Assembly: GCA_013239625.1 (NCBI GenBank)
Contig: MU053873.1
Span: 3,238,524 to 3,302,523, forward strand
DNA length: 64,000 bases
Direction of reading: 5' to 3'
Source: Lama guanicoe
Taxonomy: Eukaryota
Part shown: one piece after another, positions 26,632 to 40,693 of the stretch
Numbering within the stretch: position 1 is the stretch's first letter
Layout of the letters: each line of letters begins with the position of its first letter
Program-made: the position numbers and the translations under genes
The notes under the pieces: generated by a model
Told to the model about the DNA's origin: nothing
Database searches by the model: none
What the model saw: the letters and a program-made list of their open reading frames with translations, nothing else

Positions 26632-29600
26632 CTGGCAGGAGAGAAGCTGCAGGTGACTTCTCCGCCACCGAATCCAACTGTCTGGAGGTGAGGGAGCTGC
26701 CACTCAAATCCCAGCTCTCCGGCCTCCACCTGAAGTATCTGTTAGTAGGTGCCCTAGACTGCGGCTGTACATGATGAAAGCATCTGGTCTCCTGACGCCT
26801 CCTCTTTGCTTTTTTCTAACAGAAGAGAGTAAGAGGCAAGACGACAAAGGACTCAAAGACTACTGCAGAGCGGGGTCCTCGCATTTGCAGCACCGTCACC
26901 GCCCAAGAGTTCGGTAGAAATGCAGCATCTCCGGCCCCACCCGAGACCTGCTGAAGCAGAACCGGCAAGTCGATCCCCAGGGAATTCATGTACACACTTG
27001 TCTGAGAACCACTGGCAAGATGGACCCGCCTAAGCTTCTCTGTGCACCGGAGTCACCTGGGGAATGCGTTCAATGCACATTCCCAGGCCACACCCTGAGA
27101 AACGTAGAATCAGTGGGCTTGGTGTCAGTCCTGGGAATATGTCTTCTCAGTTAAGTGCCGCTGGCCATCAGAGAGGAGCAGAGCCCCCAAAATACTCAGT
27201 CCTGCCTTCTAAGGAGGGGCAGAGAAGGAGGGGAGTGGAGGGCAGCCCTCCTCGGGCAGGAGAGGATGGGGCCAGACTGGTGCCATCCACAGAAGATGCT
27301 CAGGCATCTAAGTGGAAAACAGCTCGAGGTCCACAATTTCCAGGCTGTGGCTCATCAATAATGGATGAAGGCCTCTGTTGCAAAGTGATCAATGCCTGCT
27401 CGGTCCCCCACAGGGCTGCCCTCGAAGAGACTGCAGGGAACACGGGAGGGTTTTCAGAGAGAACCCGGAGCTCTGGGGCCAGGCCTGCTCCAGCCAATGT
27501 GGTGAGGTCACCCCTCCAAAAGGCAAAAGAAAGATGCTGCACTGGTGGGATCTAAGTCAGTGACAGGGGAGGGGACGCACTGCAGATGCCCTGGTGCTGC
27601 TTCTTTCTAAGGACAGCCCTGTGCATTTCTTTGCCAGATGTGGCTTACAGCCCCAAAGATGGTCACTTTCTCCAGGAGCACTGGGAATGCTCTGTCGTAA
27701 TCAGTGAACTTGTTAAGTAATCTGTGACAGTGTCAATTAACAGCTAACATTTAGGGAGCCCCTACTGTGCTCTGGATCTGAACTCACTATCTGTCATGCA
27801 GATAAAGCACTTTACATGCATAATTTTCTACAGTAGTTATGATGATCCCCCCACTTTATGGAGGGAGAAACTGAGGCTAAAAACGGCATTTGCCCACAAT
27901 CCTCCACTAGTGAGTGGTAACACCAGGATTTATTTCCCTCTCTCTGACTCCAGACGAGACTACAATTATCACTGAATGTAATTAACATTTGCATGACATC
28001 TATATTTTTCAAAGCTCTTTCTCCTACGTCCCATTTTAATACCCAGCACAGCCCGACAAGGAGTATGCTTGTTCAGGGAAGCAATGTCGCTGACTCAAGT
28101 TCACGTAGCTGGTGATCAGCAAAGCTGAGACTTGAACCCAGAACCTTGGGTTCATGCCCTGCATCTATTCTCAACATGAGCACAAGGCTTCATTTCCTCC
28201 CCCGGCCACCTCCTCCCCGATGCAAACACCAGGAATCTGAAGCCAAACTGCAGTTTGATTTCACGTGGAACAAAGGGTCTTAATTGATTCTCCATTCCCC
28301 TAAACCTATTTTCTGTAACGAAGACCACTCCATCGACCCCACGGTAAACCTTTTCTCGGCGGGAAAACAGAAATTAGCATACTCAAGCGGCGCTAACTCT
28401 GTAGCCCTCCGTCGCTTTGCAGAACACTTTCCGTCAGCCAGGGCCACCGAGACAATTAGCCTCATTGAAATAAAGACACGATTGACTCATTACCTATCAG
28501 ATTGCCTCAATAATGACTGTATTAATTTCACAAGCTAGTGAGTCCCAAAAGCTGCTATGAAAAAATCAATGATCAAAGTGATGACAGCACCAGTCCGTAT
28601 ATTACACAAGGCGGCTGGTGCTGCCAAAAACGTTATTGATTAAGTATGAAGCTTTCATTAAAAAGATAATTGGAAACGACCATACAGGGAATGGGAATAA
28701 GTCATCGCCTCTGCAGAATCTTATCTTGCTTGATTTTCTTTCCTTTTAAGAGCATATTGCAGACCAGAAGGCCGACTGCATGTGGGATCCCACCTTTTTC
28801 ATAAATGTCATGGCCCTTGGCACAGGCCTCAATAAGGCACCGGGGGCTGAGAATCACAAAGAAAAATCTAAATGGTTCGCTTTTCATGGGTCCAGCTGCT
28901 TATCAGACCCAAGCAGAGTGACAGCCCAACATCCCCATCTCTAAGGGATCCCTGGGAGCCACTGTTATGCAAGCCATTTTTGCTCTAAAAATGCTGAAGG
29001 CCAAGGTTTCGAAATCTAATATGGTAACAGCCCTCCTCTCTGACACTGCTGAGAAATTAGCTACTCTCCTTTTAGTAATTTTCCAGATTAGAGGAGTTTA
29101 TTTAAACTTTCAAATGTTATTCTTTCTGACATGCACCTTGTCCCCATCGGCAAACGCGTGCCACAGGTAACGACAGTCAACCCCTGTGAAAGAACAATTC
29201 GCTGATTCCGTCAGCCAACCTGGGAGGCACAAAGCAGTGGCTCCACTGTACAGATGGGGGGACTGACACTCAGGAGAGCAGCTAGATCACTTACTCAGGA
29301 TTCACACCTCAGGAAGAGGTGGGGCCTAAGTGCGGACCAGGTAGGCCTGTTCTCCCCTCCTAGTCACAGCCTCCCCACCTGTTAGGTGCCGAACCTTGCA
29401 ATGCACGGGAGTGGCACTTGTCCTTCGAGATCTGTCTACTGCCTGGCCTGGCTTCCAAAAGGACACACTGACTTGATTTGCTCTTGAGAGTTCCCCAGGG
29501 AATGCCAAATATTGCTCAACAATAATAATATCTCATTACTGGGATGCTCTGGTTTGCGGACACCCTGCCTCACCGCCGTGAAACTGCGTATAGCGACTTC

Positions 29601-29691
29601 TCATCTTGCTGTTTTCTCTCTTGCTCTGTAATGGCTGCTGAAATCACCAGGGCAGGTTTCTGTATTCACGAAACAACTGAGCAATTATCTA

Positions 29692-29872
29692 GACCATTCT
29701 CAAACTTGAGTGTGCACTAAAATCCCCTAGAGGGCTTGTTACAACCCAGGCTGTGGGGTCCCAGAGTTTCAGAGTCACTAGGTCTGGGATGGCTCCTGAG
29801 AGCTTATTTCCAGGAAGCTCTCGGGTGATGCTGGAGCAGTCAGTCCAGGGACCATCCTTTGAGAACCGCTAG
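29692..29872. mobile_element. MER5A-like hAT-Charlie MITE
   Basis: ttctcaaacttgagtgtgcac...gagggcttgttaca...ccaggggaccatcctttgagaacc. Confidence 0.75.
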
Positions 29873-31342
29873 TCTGGAGGGATGAAGTTCTTGGAGTTTA
29901 TGATTCAGGATCATAAACACCTGTGCATAAATAATTTGCTGTATCTTTCCAGTCATAAACAGCAGAACCACAGCTAAGTGAGAAGAACCTGGGGTCGGGA
30001 CCGATACAGGCGTGCACAGGAGCTGTACTCCTGCTACCTACAGGACCTGGAAAAGGGGCTTACTCCTCAGAGGTAGTTTCTGCGTCTGTAAAGAAGAGAA
30101 ACTGTCATTATCTCAAAGGAGGCTGCGAGGGGAAGAGAGGAGTAATACTTGAAGTTGCCTAGCTTAGTACCTGACTCGTGGCGGGAGCCCAGTAACCCAC
30201 AGGTTTATTCCCTCTCCTGAAAAGCTGCTGCCAACTCCCAGCAGGATAAATCAGGTAGAGACCATGGAAGACTAACAGCTTTAACCACAGGCTTTAGCAG
30301 AACCAAGAAGCCTGCAGGGAGAGACTAGTGTGTCTATGGGGCAATGATCAGTGTAAATGGCTGTGAGCTCTCTGAAGAAAGAGGTGTGATAAGGCAGGTC
30401 ACTTGGTATTGCAAGAGGCACTAATGGCCAATAATTTCACCATAGTACGTAGTAAACCTAGCAGTTTACATTGGACCTGAAGGTGGAAGGCAATCGGCAA
30501 AGGTTTACTGGATGACATTAACCAGCCAGTAGATAACTAAGTGGGGTGATGGCCCTTCAGTCTCTTCTCTCTCCAGTTTGTATTTCTAAACATTATCCCT
30601 ACTCCCTTGCTCACCACCTGGTCCTGAGTTTACAATCTCTGTATCCCACCTCCCAAACCATGACCCATGAACACTCGTCCTGGGAGATGGTAACGGGCCT
30701 TCCACGAAAGCAAAAGATTGAGGGTTCCAGGGTCATTCCCCTGGAAATATATCCCCAAATAGCCTGGGGAGCCCTAAATACTACATTTTCCCTCATGAGG
30801 ACTTACAGGATGCATGAGTACATTAGGGATCTGCAAAGTTCTTCACTTTTTCGGAAGGGCTTCTGGCTTAACACTAGTCTGGAGAAAGCTACTTCCTTAA
30901 ACTCTAAAATCACGTACCCTCTTTCCAAGTCCTTCCCTTTCACTCACTGCTGCTAATCAGCCAGTTCTACAGTTGCACTACAGCTGGTTGCAAAGTAAAA
31001 GGTACAAGGCTCTGAGTGAAGATGGCTGTTTCCTCTCAGGTTGCTCTTTCTGAAGTTCAGAAAGTTCTCCTGAGGTCTCGAATGTTAACCCTTCCAGACC
31101 ACTGAGGTTCCTGGGAGGGTAGCCCAGGAGTGATATTTCCCAAAGTCATTTCCTCCCACATTATAACACTTTATCTTAACAGCCTTGTCATATAGGAAGG
31201 GCAGAGAATCACTAGTCTTGTTTTCAGTTCGATGAATAGGAGACGCACAGAAGTAGTGAACACTGAGGTCAGACAAGAGTCGTGTCTCCTCTGGGCCCCT
31301 GAAGTAATGGGTAGAATGGCCTAAGAAAGCAGCTCTACTCAC

Positions 31343-31408
31343 CTGGCTGTGCCCCACGGCCACTGCCTTCTTCTCCAGATCTAGGGTCTGCAGGAGCTCC
31401 TCCACGGC
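31343..31408 (-). CDS. MYO18B: MYO18B exon: AVEELLQTLDLEKKAVAVGHSQ
   Basis: ctttgcag|GCC acceptor, CAG|gtgagt donor; 66 nt. Confidence 0.93.
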
Positions 31409-31734
31409 CTGCAAAGAAGAGAGAAGCAGAGGGGAAGGCAGACTGAAGGCAGGAGGCTCCCAGGGTGGAAGATCAGCTGGCTGGATAGGCTGATGGACAC
31501 ATCGGGAGAGAGAGGATGACCCCACACGTCTGTGAGCTAACAGAGCCCCACCACCCCAGGGAAGTGCAGACGATGAGCATGCACTGAGCACCTACTGTGT
31601 GCCATCCACTCTGCTGGCACCTGCATAGACACCATCTCGTTTCATCCTCACAGCAACCCTGGGTGGGTCATCATACTACTGCGCCCATTTTATAGATGGG
31701 AAAACCACAGATACAAAACTAAATGGAGAACGTG

Positions 31735-32352
31735 TCTGCTATGGAAAACAGCACGGCGGTTCCTCAAAAAATTCATGTAATTACCATATGATTTAGAAAT
31801 TCCAATTCTGGATATATACCCCCAAAGAAGTGAAAGCAGGGACTTGAACAGATATTTGTGCACACTCACATTCATACCAACATCATTCACAGTTGCCAAA
31901 AGGTGGAAGTAACCCCAGTGTCCTTCAACAGAGGAACAGATAAACACAGTGTGGTGAATACACCCAACGGAATATTAATCAGCTTTAAAGGGAATGAAGT
32001 TCTGACACCTGCTACAACACAGATGAACCCTGAGGACATAATGCTAAGTGAAATAAGCCAGTCACAAAAGGACACATATTGTATGATTCTGCTTATATGA
32101 GGTAACTGGAGTAGTCAAATTCAGAGATAGGAAGTAGAATGGTGGTTGCCAGGGGCTGGGGGGAGGAGGATGGAAGTTTGCATTTAATGTGGACAGAATT
32201 CTGGTTTTGCATGATGAAAGAATTCTGGAGATGGAGCGTGGTGATGGTTGCACAGCAGTATGAATATACTTAATACCATTTGAAGTGCACAATTAAAAAT
32301 GGTTACAATGGTAAATTTTATGTCATGTATGTTTTACCACAGTTTAAAAAGA
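31735..32352 (+). mobile_element. LINE-1 3' end (L1MB-like), 5' truncated
   Basis: ctatggaaaacag, atgctaagtgaaataagccagtcacaaaagg and aattttatgtcatgtatgttttaccaca motifs. Confidence 0.85.
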
Positions 32353-33711
32353 TGAAGGCACTTCTCCAAGGTCATACATTACACATGAGCAGAACTAGAT
32401 TGGAATCAAGGTCTATCAGGTCACACGGCAACACTGACGTCTTTACTGCTTCACATGCTCAAGATGCCTGCAGAGGACCCTAGGCCACTTGGGAATTTAC
32501 CTACCATGTCTCCTGTGACAGCCTCCCCTGCCCTCTGTCCTTCTCTTGCTGCACCTGTCTGGGTCTGACTCGCTCTCATAAATGTTTGCTGAAGAAATGA
32601 CATGGCCATTACCCTTGTGTTCCTGACCTAGAGTAGGGAGCGGGAGAGAGCCCGTGTTTAACTCATCTGTGTCCTCTCCAGCCCCTGGCCGTGGTCTAGG
32701 CATACAGTAGGAACTCAATAAACATGATGACTGAATGAGTGAACGCCCACACAGGAGATCCAGTGAGGGGAGAAGCAGAGTGGGGTCGGGGGTAGTGTAG
32801 AGAAACCCAATGTGGGAGAAGCAAATTCACTCAAAGAGATTCCTGGATGCAGCCTTGGCCAAGTCACCAGCCATTTAATGGAATTTTCCTCTTGTCATGT
32901 AGTCCTGCAAGCTCGGAAATAATCCTGCCAGAGATCTGTACCCTCGGATAAATGCAGGTCGTGCCTGGTTCCCTTGTGACTGCCAACTCCCCTCCCACTC
33001 CGCCCTCACACTAGCCCTCGCGGACCTTCCATTCACTGAAAATCACCAAGTCTATTTTCAGAATAAACTGTCAGAAAAGTAATTGCGACACTCAAGAAGC
33101 AAAAGGTATTATGAGACTGAGTAATTTAGCAGATGAGTTTCAATTCCATGGGTCATCAGCAGCATGAAAAATATCCCAAGATATCAAAAAAAAAAAAGCT
33201 TATTAAAAGTCTAGTCCAAGACTGTAGTCTGGGAGGGTTTCCTCCTCTGACCTCTGGGAAGAACGTTTCATAGTACTGCTCCAAAAATTCAGTGTTTTCA
33301 CTTATTACATTTAAGCCAAAAACGTTCCAAGGGAGCTACAGGCAGCAGAAGGCATAAAACCAACATATCCAAAATACAACATTTTTTCTTTCTGCACAAG
33401 AGGAAAACAAATAAAAATTGGCCAAAAATAAGACGGGTGAATGGAAAATAAATACAGTCAGTGACAATTACCTAAGTCTACCTCGGAGTTAACACCCAGA
33501 GCATGTGTGTGGGGGAGAAATCAGGATGTGGAGTCAGATCCACCTGGGCTGAGACTCTAGGTTAACCACTCACTAACTGTGTGACCCTGGATGAGCATCT
33601 TACTCTGAGCTGCAGGCCCCTCTTCATAAAAGTGGGGAAAATAACAGCACTGATTTTGGAAGATTCTGTGGTTGTGTTCAGGAGTGCTTCATGGAGTAGC
33701 AACATTAGTAA

Positions 33712-34249
33712 TCACTCAGATGACTGGATAAAGCAGTTGTGGTACATATAAAAACACAATGGAATATTACTCAGTCATAAAAAAGAATGAAACAATGCCA
33801 CTTGCAGCAACATGGATGGATCTAGAGACTGTCATAACTAAGTGGAGTAAGTCAGAGAGAGAAAGAAAAATATCATATGATATCACTTACATGTGGAATC
33901 TAAAAAAAAGGGACACAAATGAACTTATTTACAAAACAGAGATAGATTCACAGACACAGAAAAAAACCTTACAGTTACCAGAATGGGGGGAAGAGGGTAG
34001 GGAGGCTTAAGTCGGGAGCTCAGGATTCATAGATACTAACTACTATACATAGAATAAACAACAAAGTCCTACTGCATAGCACAGGGAACTATATTCAATA
34101 CCTTACAACGGCCTATAAGGAAAAAGAATATAAAAAGGAACATATACGTATAACTGAATAACTCTGCTGTACCCCAGAAATTAATACTATATTGTAAATC
34201 AACTATACTTCAATTAAAAAAAAAAAACTTCTGAGAAAAAAAAAAAAAA
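33712..34249 (+). mobile_element. Younger LINE-1 3' end (cetartiodactyl/camelid type) with poly(A)
   Basis: ORF2 C-terminus MEYYSVIKKNETMPLAATWMDLETVI; 3' UTR acagggaactatattcaatacc...ttgtaaatcaactatacttcaatt plus A-tail. Confidence 0.88.
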
Positions 34250-37200
34250 GAAAAACGACTGAGCCTCAGGTAAGAACAGCACGAGTCTGTGGCAATCCTG
34301 ACCGAGGCTCTTCCACTCCCACAAGCTCTGCCACTGCAGTGGTCCTGCTAGGCGAGACGAGCTGTGAGAACCCTCAGCTCTGCTGCCAGAGGGTTTCACT
34401 TATATAGAGCCAAGCACAGGGAAACCCCACACCCAGGATCCTTGTTAGAAACAGAAGTGATCTCGGCAGCAAACAAGTGGAGAAGGTCAATGGCGACAGC
34501 TGGCCTAAGATGGTTATTCTGACAGGGGCAGGTGGTCAGGTCCCTATAACAAGGGATGGAGGACACGGGCCAGGTGCAGTGGGCCCTGATAAACTCCCGT
34601 ACATGCCTGGCAACCTGGAAGCCTACACGCATGCACAGGAGGGACCAAGAGGACCTGAGCCAACTATATATCCCTACTTCAATGTCAGGCCACATGCACA
34701 GGAAGAAAACATGCGAAAGAGTCACACAGAAAGTAAAACCCGTGGCACGATCATATATGCCTTAATGTTTAATACGTTTCCCATCCCACACGGAGCACCA
34801 TAAAAATTAAATAAAAGTGTCATAATAGATTCAAGGTATCTGATCACAGCCGTTGCTGACCACTAAGCTGTGCTGATGCAGGGGCAACCCCTGAGAATCC
34901 AAAATTTATGATAAAAACAAGAATAGAAAAGAACTGAACGGAGGTATCAGCAGTCACATACCATGGAAGAGACAGACTCCATAAATCTAGTCCAGATAAA
35001 TTACTAAATAATTGGGAAAAGATCAAAATCTAGAGATGCAATTTTACATTATTGAAAATGTCCAGTTACCAATAAAAAATTACATGACATGCAAAGAAAC
35101 TGCAAAGTGTGACCTATACTCAAGAAGACAAACCCAAATAAGCAGTCATTAGAAACCCTCTGTGGGCTTAGATGTTGGACTTAACAAAGACTTCCAAGTA
35201 GCTATTACAAGCTATTACTTCCAAGTAGCCGGTACATGATGTGTTTACAAACATGCCTGGCACATGCCAGGCTTCCTAAGTACTAATACCAGTGGAGATC
35301 CTGAGGTATAAGCCCCTCTTCGGTACCGTGAAGTGACGACATACCTTTCACCATTCCAGGCCCAAATTATGAGTCCTTGAATGTACCTGGGAGAAACCCA
35401 ACTGAGGTCTCCACTTACAGAGTCCTAGAATTTTGCAAAGAGCTTTCTCTCCAACGTTAAACAAGGAGGCATCCAAAAAGCATACAGTCTGACATCTCAC
35501 GTTAAGCTGAACGTGCCAGACAAGGAGCGAAAGACTCCAGGAACAATGAAGACCATGGCTGGGAAGTGATTCTCCAGCTTGCTCCTCACTGGGCGTGTGA
35601 TACAGGGAATCCAAGTCTGTGGAATTGGATGCTCCGCCACCGAACCAACCAGCTGCTGTCAGATCAGCATCTCCTCCATGAAATGTGGCACATGCTGGGG
35701 CACCTACGATGTGCCAGGCACTTTGTTATGCAGTACTGCATACTGCCCCGGTCATAAAGCTATCAAGCATCAAGGGGCATGGATAGATGGAAAGAGAGAC
35801 GGCAGAAACCAGGATTTGAACCCGAAGCCTACCTCTCAACCACATCCTTTATGCCACTGAAACTCTCACTTACACACTCATCAAATCATTCCATATGGAC
35901 GGGGATTACGTCTCTGCTATTCAACTCTACTGGCTCAGGATTGTAAACAGAATGCCTGGCACAAAGCAGAAAAGATATGAGCAAACACATAAATAAACAC
36001 ACATTTGTATAACTGGGTGGGTTAACATTGAATGGAAAACATGCAGAATCATTGAAGCAGTAGACCCAAACTGGAGGACAGCAAGGTGAGGAAGAAAAGG
36101 ATGATGAACAAATTCCAGAGGGATTACCAGAGGCCCTGAAATAATCATTCAGCACCCTGAGAGCAGTCAGCTCCCCCTCCCAGCCATGGGCTCCCAGGGG
36201 CCTCTTCTCAGCAGAAAAGGACTCCAAGACAAGTTCCAAGGAAACTCGGAGTGTCCACCAGGGCTGGAGATGGAACAAGAGTGGCTGCCTTTGAGTATAC
36301 GGATTAACATTCCTTAACTGTGTTCTTCAGATCAAGTCCCCAGGGACAGAGATCTGGTTGGCTAAAATTAGTCATCATTGTAGACAATCTTGAGGGCAAG
36401 TGCCCACACTTCAGTCATCAATGGGAGACTTGGCACCTCCTGCCTCAGCAGCAGAGAGACTGAAGGGACCAGAATCTGGACACAGCCAAGGTGAACTGAA
36501 AGAGCTCTTCAGTAACCAGCCTGAGAGTCCATCACTACAGTCACTCTGGGTGGGCTTCAGTGTAGGTTAAGGCATCTCAACCAGATGGGATAACCTAGGA
36601 GAGGAATGGGATCCACAACGATTAGAGGGGGAAGACAGGGTCATTTTGGAGACCTGAGCCTATTCCTGGGTGTCTAGAAGAGACGGGGGCATCCCGAATG
36701 GTGGGAGGTCAGCATGAGGACATAACTCCCTAAAGAGGACAACAGAATGGGCAGAGAGGACTTGACTCCTTCATAATCTTGCTTAAGCCAGCTCAAGTAA
36801 TAAGGACCTGGTCTTTGATGCCATTCCCCAGCTGGTAACATTTCAGTCAGCCATCACTGACCACCTGACAAAGCCCATGCTCACCACCCCTGCTAACAAT
36901 GACCTAGGGTCTGGCCCCTGCCAACATCCACAGACCCTTTTCTTGATACCTGGCAGCACTTCTGCTCCAGCTGCACGAAAACTAGCAGCGCAACTTCACG
37001 ACTATGGATCCTCACGTGCTCAGTGTTGGTTGCCCTGTACTCTCCCTCTTACTTCATTCCTCCAAATTGTCCCACAAAGCTCAACTCAACTATCACCTGC
37101 TCTGAGGTGTCTTCCCTGAATGCCCCACCCTCACCCCTACTGCAAATATCAAAAGTTTTAGAGGTGTTCCCTGGGGCATCCCAAAGCCATCCCTCATCTG

Positions 37201-37404
37201 GAAATTGCTTGTCTCAGTCTTTCTCCCCCAGGAGACTGTGTTCTGTTCATGCCTGCATCTCTGGCAGCTAGCACAGGGTCTAGTGCAAAGCAGGCCCTTG
37301 GTTAAAGTTGGACGGAATCAATAATAATAAGTTAAATTAACATCATGGATGGCACATTCTATACAAAACTTCATCAAACACTCTGTCTTCAAAGGGTTTC
37401 CATT

Positions 37405-38185
37405 CAGAACATGAAAAGATGTTCAACAGCACAGACCATCAGGGAAATGCAAATCAAAACCACAATGAGATACCACCTCACACCCATTAAGAATGACCAG
37501 AAAAACTACCAGAAAAAAAAAGTTCATGAGGATGTGGAGAAATTGGAACCCTTGTACACTGTGGGTGGGAATATAAAATGGTGTAGCCATTATGAAAACA
37601 GTTTGGAGGTTCCTCAAAAAATTAAACAGGATTACTGTACAATCCAGCAATTTCCCTTTGGGTGTATGTCCCAAAGAGTTGAAAACAGGGTCTCAAAGAG
37701 ATATCTGTACACTTGTGTTCATAGCAGGGTCATCCACAATTGCCAAAAGATGAAAGCAACCCAAGTGTCCACTGACAGAGGATGGATAAGCAAAATGCTG
37801 TATATAAATACAACAGAGTTATCATTCAGCCTTAAAAGGAAGGAAACTCTGACACATGCTACAACCTGGGTGAACCCTGAGGACATCGGACTAAGTGCAA
37901 TGAGCCAGTCTCTGAAGGACGAATCTTGTAATGATTCCTCTTATACAAGGAGCCTAAAATAGTCAAATTCATAGAGACAGGAAGCAGTATGGTGGCTGCC
38001 AAGAGCTGGTTGGGAGGCAGGAAGGGGGAGTTAGTGTTTCATGGGTATGGTTTCAGTTTTAGAAAATGGAAAGTGTTCTGGAGATGGATGGTGGTGATGG
38101 CTGCACAACAGTATGAGTGCCACTAAAATGCATACTTAAAAACAGTTAAGATGATAAACTTTATGTGTATGTTATCACAACAAAT
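37405..38185 (+). mobile_element. LINE-1 3' end (L1MB-like)
   Basis: IREMQIKTTMRYHLTP...EKLEPLYTVGGNIKWCSHYENS ORF2 remnant plus 3' UTR. Confidence 0.88.
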
Positions 38186-40693
38186 AGTACAAAGGCCTAT
38201 GTAAGGAATTTGAGAGCCTAGTTCAAATCCCAGCTCTACCACTACCCCACCGCCTGGCTAGGTGATGATGGCCTCAGTTGCCTCTGCTGTAAAATGGGGA
38301 CAACTCCCATATCAGAAAGGCTTTATCTACTGAGGGCTGTTCCAGACTGAAAGTCTGTAACCTTTCCACATGAGGCCTGATATTCTGTGATGAGAGAGTG
38401 TGCACAGGAGGTAAAAGGCATATGCTATTTTTGTTTCAGGAGCACAAAATATCCAGCAGGGACCCAGCAAATGAGAGTACTTCATTGGAAAAGTGTCTTG
38501 TTTCAGCACCGCATGTGAGGCACACGGGGGACGCCCCGAGGCCCACTTTACACCCTGACAATGAATTCCCTCTGCTGCCGTCTAGTGTCTAATGACAATA
38601 TTGACTTTTTCTGGCTGTCAAACCTGTCTTATTAAATCCTGAGGTCTTAAATGCTTTGCACACAGAGGCTGACAGTTTGCCCACCCAAGCACGTGTTCAT
38701 GTATAATTCATGGCGTATCATGTTGCCTGGCAAATGAATATTTATCAGCTTTTTTGTAAGAGGCAGGATGGCGTTTCCTTTTGTTGCTACCAAAATCCTA
38801 CACTGCAGCAAATGAAATTTGTGAGCAAATAAAAAAAGAAGTGAACACTCCCAACCAAGTCCATTCCGCTTGTAACTTTCCACTTTCCGAGGCCCCCGGC
38901 GCGTGCATGGAGGTGGCTTCGGTTTGGCTACGAAAGGGAACTGCAGTCGTCCAGAATAGAACCGCCTCCATATGCTGCCCCCACTGCCTGCACAGCCAGC
39001 TCCCTGACGACCCAGTTCTGTGCTGCTTTCAACTGCAGAGCAGCCCGAGACCCTTTCCGTGGTTCCATTCCAGATGCTCTGAATGGAGATCAAATTTGGG
39101 GGAGATCAAGGATAAGGAACCCCAAAGATTGGTACAGAGTGGCTGGTGGCACCAGGCCAGGCAGAGTTTCATGGTTTCCAAAATGGGTTGCCATCCAGGG
39201 AGGGGACAGCCCTGAACCACACCAGCTGGGTCTGAGGTCCCCTCCCCGTGATGAGTTCGCAAGGCCACAGAGAAATGCTGCCTTGTCTGCAGGAGGGAGC
39301 CTGTGCCCTGGCCCCTGCTCCACAACAGAGCCAAGAGAGGACTTAAGAATTGTGACTGTTCACTTTTCTTGCCTCATGACTCACTGACTGAGGTCTCCAG
39401 TGCTGTGATCTCAGGCACGCGTAGACGCACTCACTCGGAGGTGGAGTTTCAACCCAGTTGTGAATACAGAGTCTGTGTGGCTTGGCTGCCATCACTCTGG
39501 CCTTGAAAGATGCTGATGACAGAAATTCACACACAATGAGCCCTTACTAGGCCCTGTGTCAGGCACACCAACTATACTATTACATCTAATCCTCCAAATA
39601 CCCCACTAAGGTTGATGGTGGTGTTGTTCCCATTTTACAGATGAGGAAACTGAGGCAGAAGGATGCAGTAACTCATTTAAGTTCACACAGCCCCAGCTGG
39701 GCATCAACTGCAGGTCTGTTTGACTTGAACCCATGTTTTCTCAGGCCGTCCCTGGAATCAAGAAACTTGGGTTCAAGGACAAAACCCACGAATGCTTGAC
39801 TGTGTGGCCTCAAGGGAATCAATTTATCTCTGTGAGACTCTGCTTCCTCTTATAAGGAGATATAATAGCTCTTGTCTGGCAGGGCTGTTGTCAAGATGCA
39901 CTAGGACTCTGCCAGTTCCTAAGAGCTCTGTCATCATTGATCAGCCGGTGGCTGTTCTCAACAGAAACACGTACTGAGGGTTTGGCACTAGGGGTGAAGA
40001 CTTCCAGCTCCAGGAGTTCACAGCAAAGCTGGAGAAAGGAGACACACCAGGACAGACATGCAGGGTTAGGTATGTGTATTCGTTCATTCACTCATTCACC
40101 CACAGAAAAATTACTGAGAACTTGCTATGAGCCAGAAAACACACAGGTGACCCACAGAACTTCAGGTAAGGATAAGTGCTACGCAAACATCAAAACAAAC
40201 TGATGTGATAGAGAGTAACATCTGAGCAAGACGACACTGGCCAGGCAAAGACTGGTGAGAAAAGTGCTCCAGGCAGAGGAGACAGCTGGTGCAAAGGCCC
40301 TGAGGGGGAGTGTTCACTATAATTCTTTAAGACAGGGCTCTAGTCTGAAATACTTTCCAAACATTTGGGCTGCAAAGCCTTCTTTTCATAGACTAACTCA
40401 GGGCACTGATGCTGAGTGGAACTCCCTCTGGCAATGACGACTCCCCCTCTTGCTAGGAGCCCTTCTAGCAGGGACTTGCCCTTCTCACGGCTCTAATTCT
40501 TTCCCCGCACTTCCCCATGCAGGGTTCCAGAAGGACCCCTACAGGATGGCCAGTGTCCTACGTGACACCACAGAGGGTGCACTGGGGTCTGGGTCAAACC
40601 TCAGGCCACCCTCTTTGCCCCCAAGGCTGGCTCTGGGACCCCAGCAGGAACAGAAGCACAGGGGCCTCCGCCCCCTCACCCAGCCCCACATAC

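Noticed and set aside
28578..28700. Box C (GTGATGA) suggesting a C/D snoRNA
   Set aside because: Antisense to the host gene, with no suitably placed CTGA D box or terminal stem.
37345..37962. 205-aa ORF
   Set aside because: Frameshifted LINE-1 ORF2 3' remnant.
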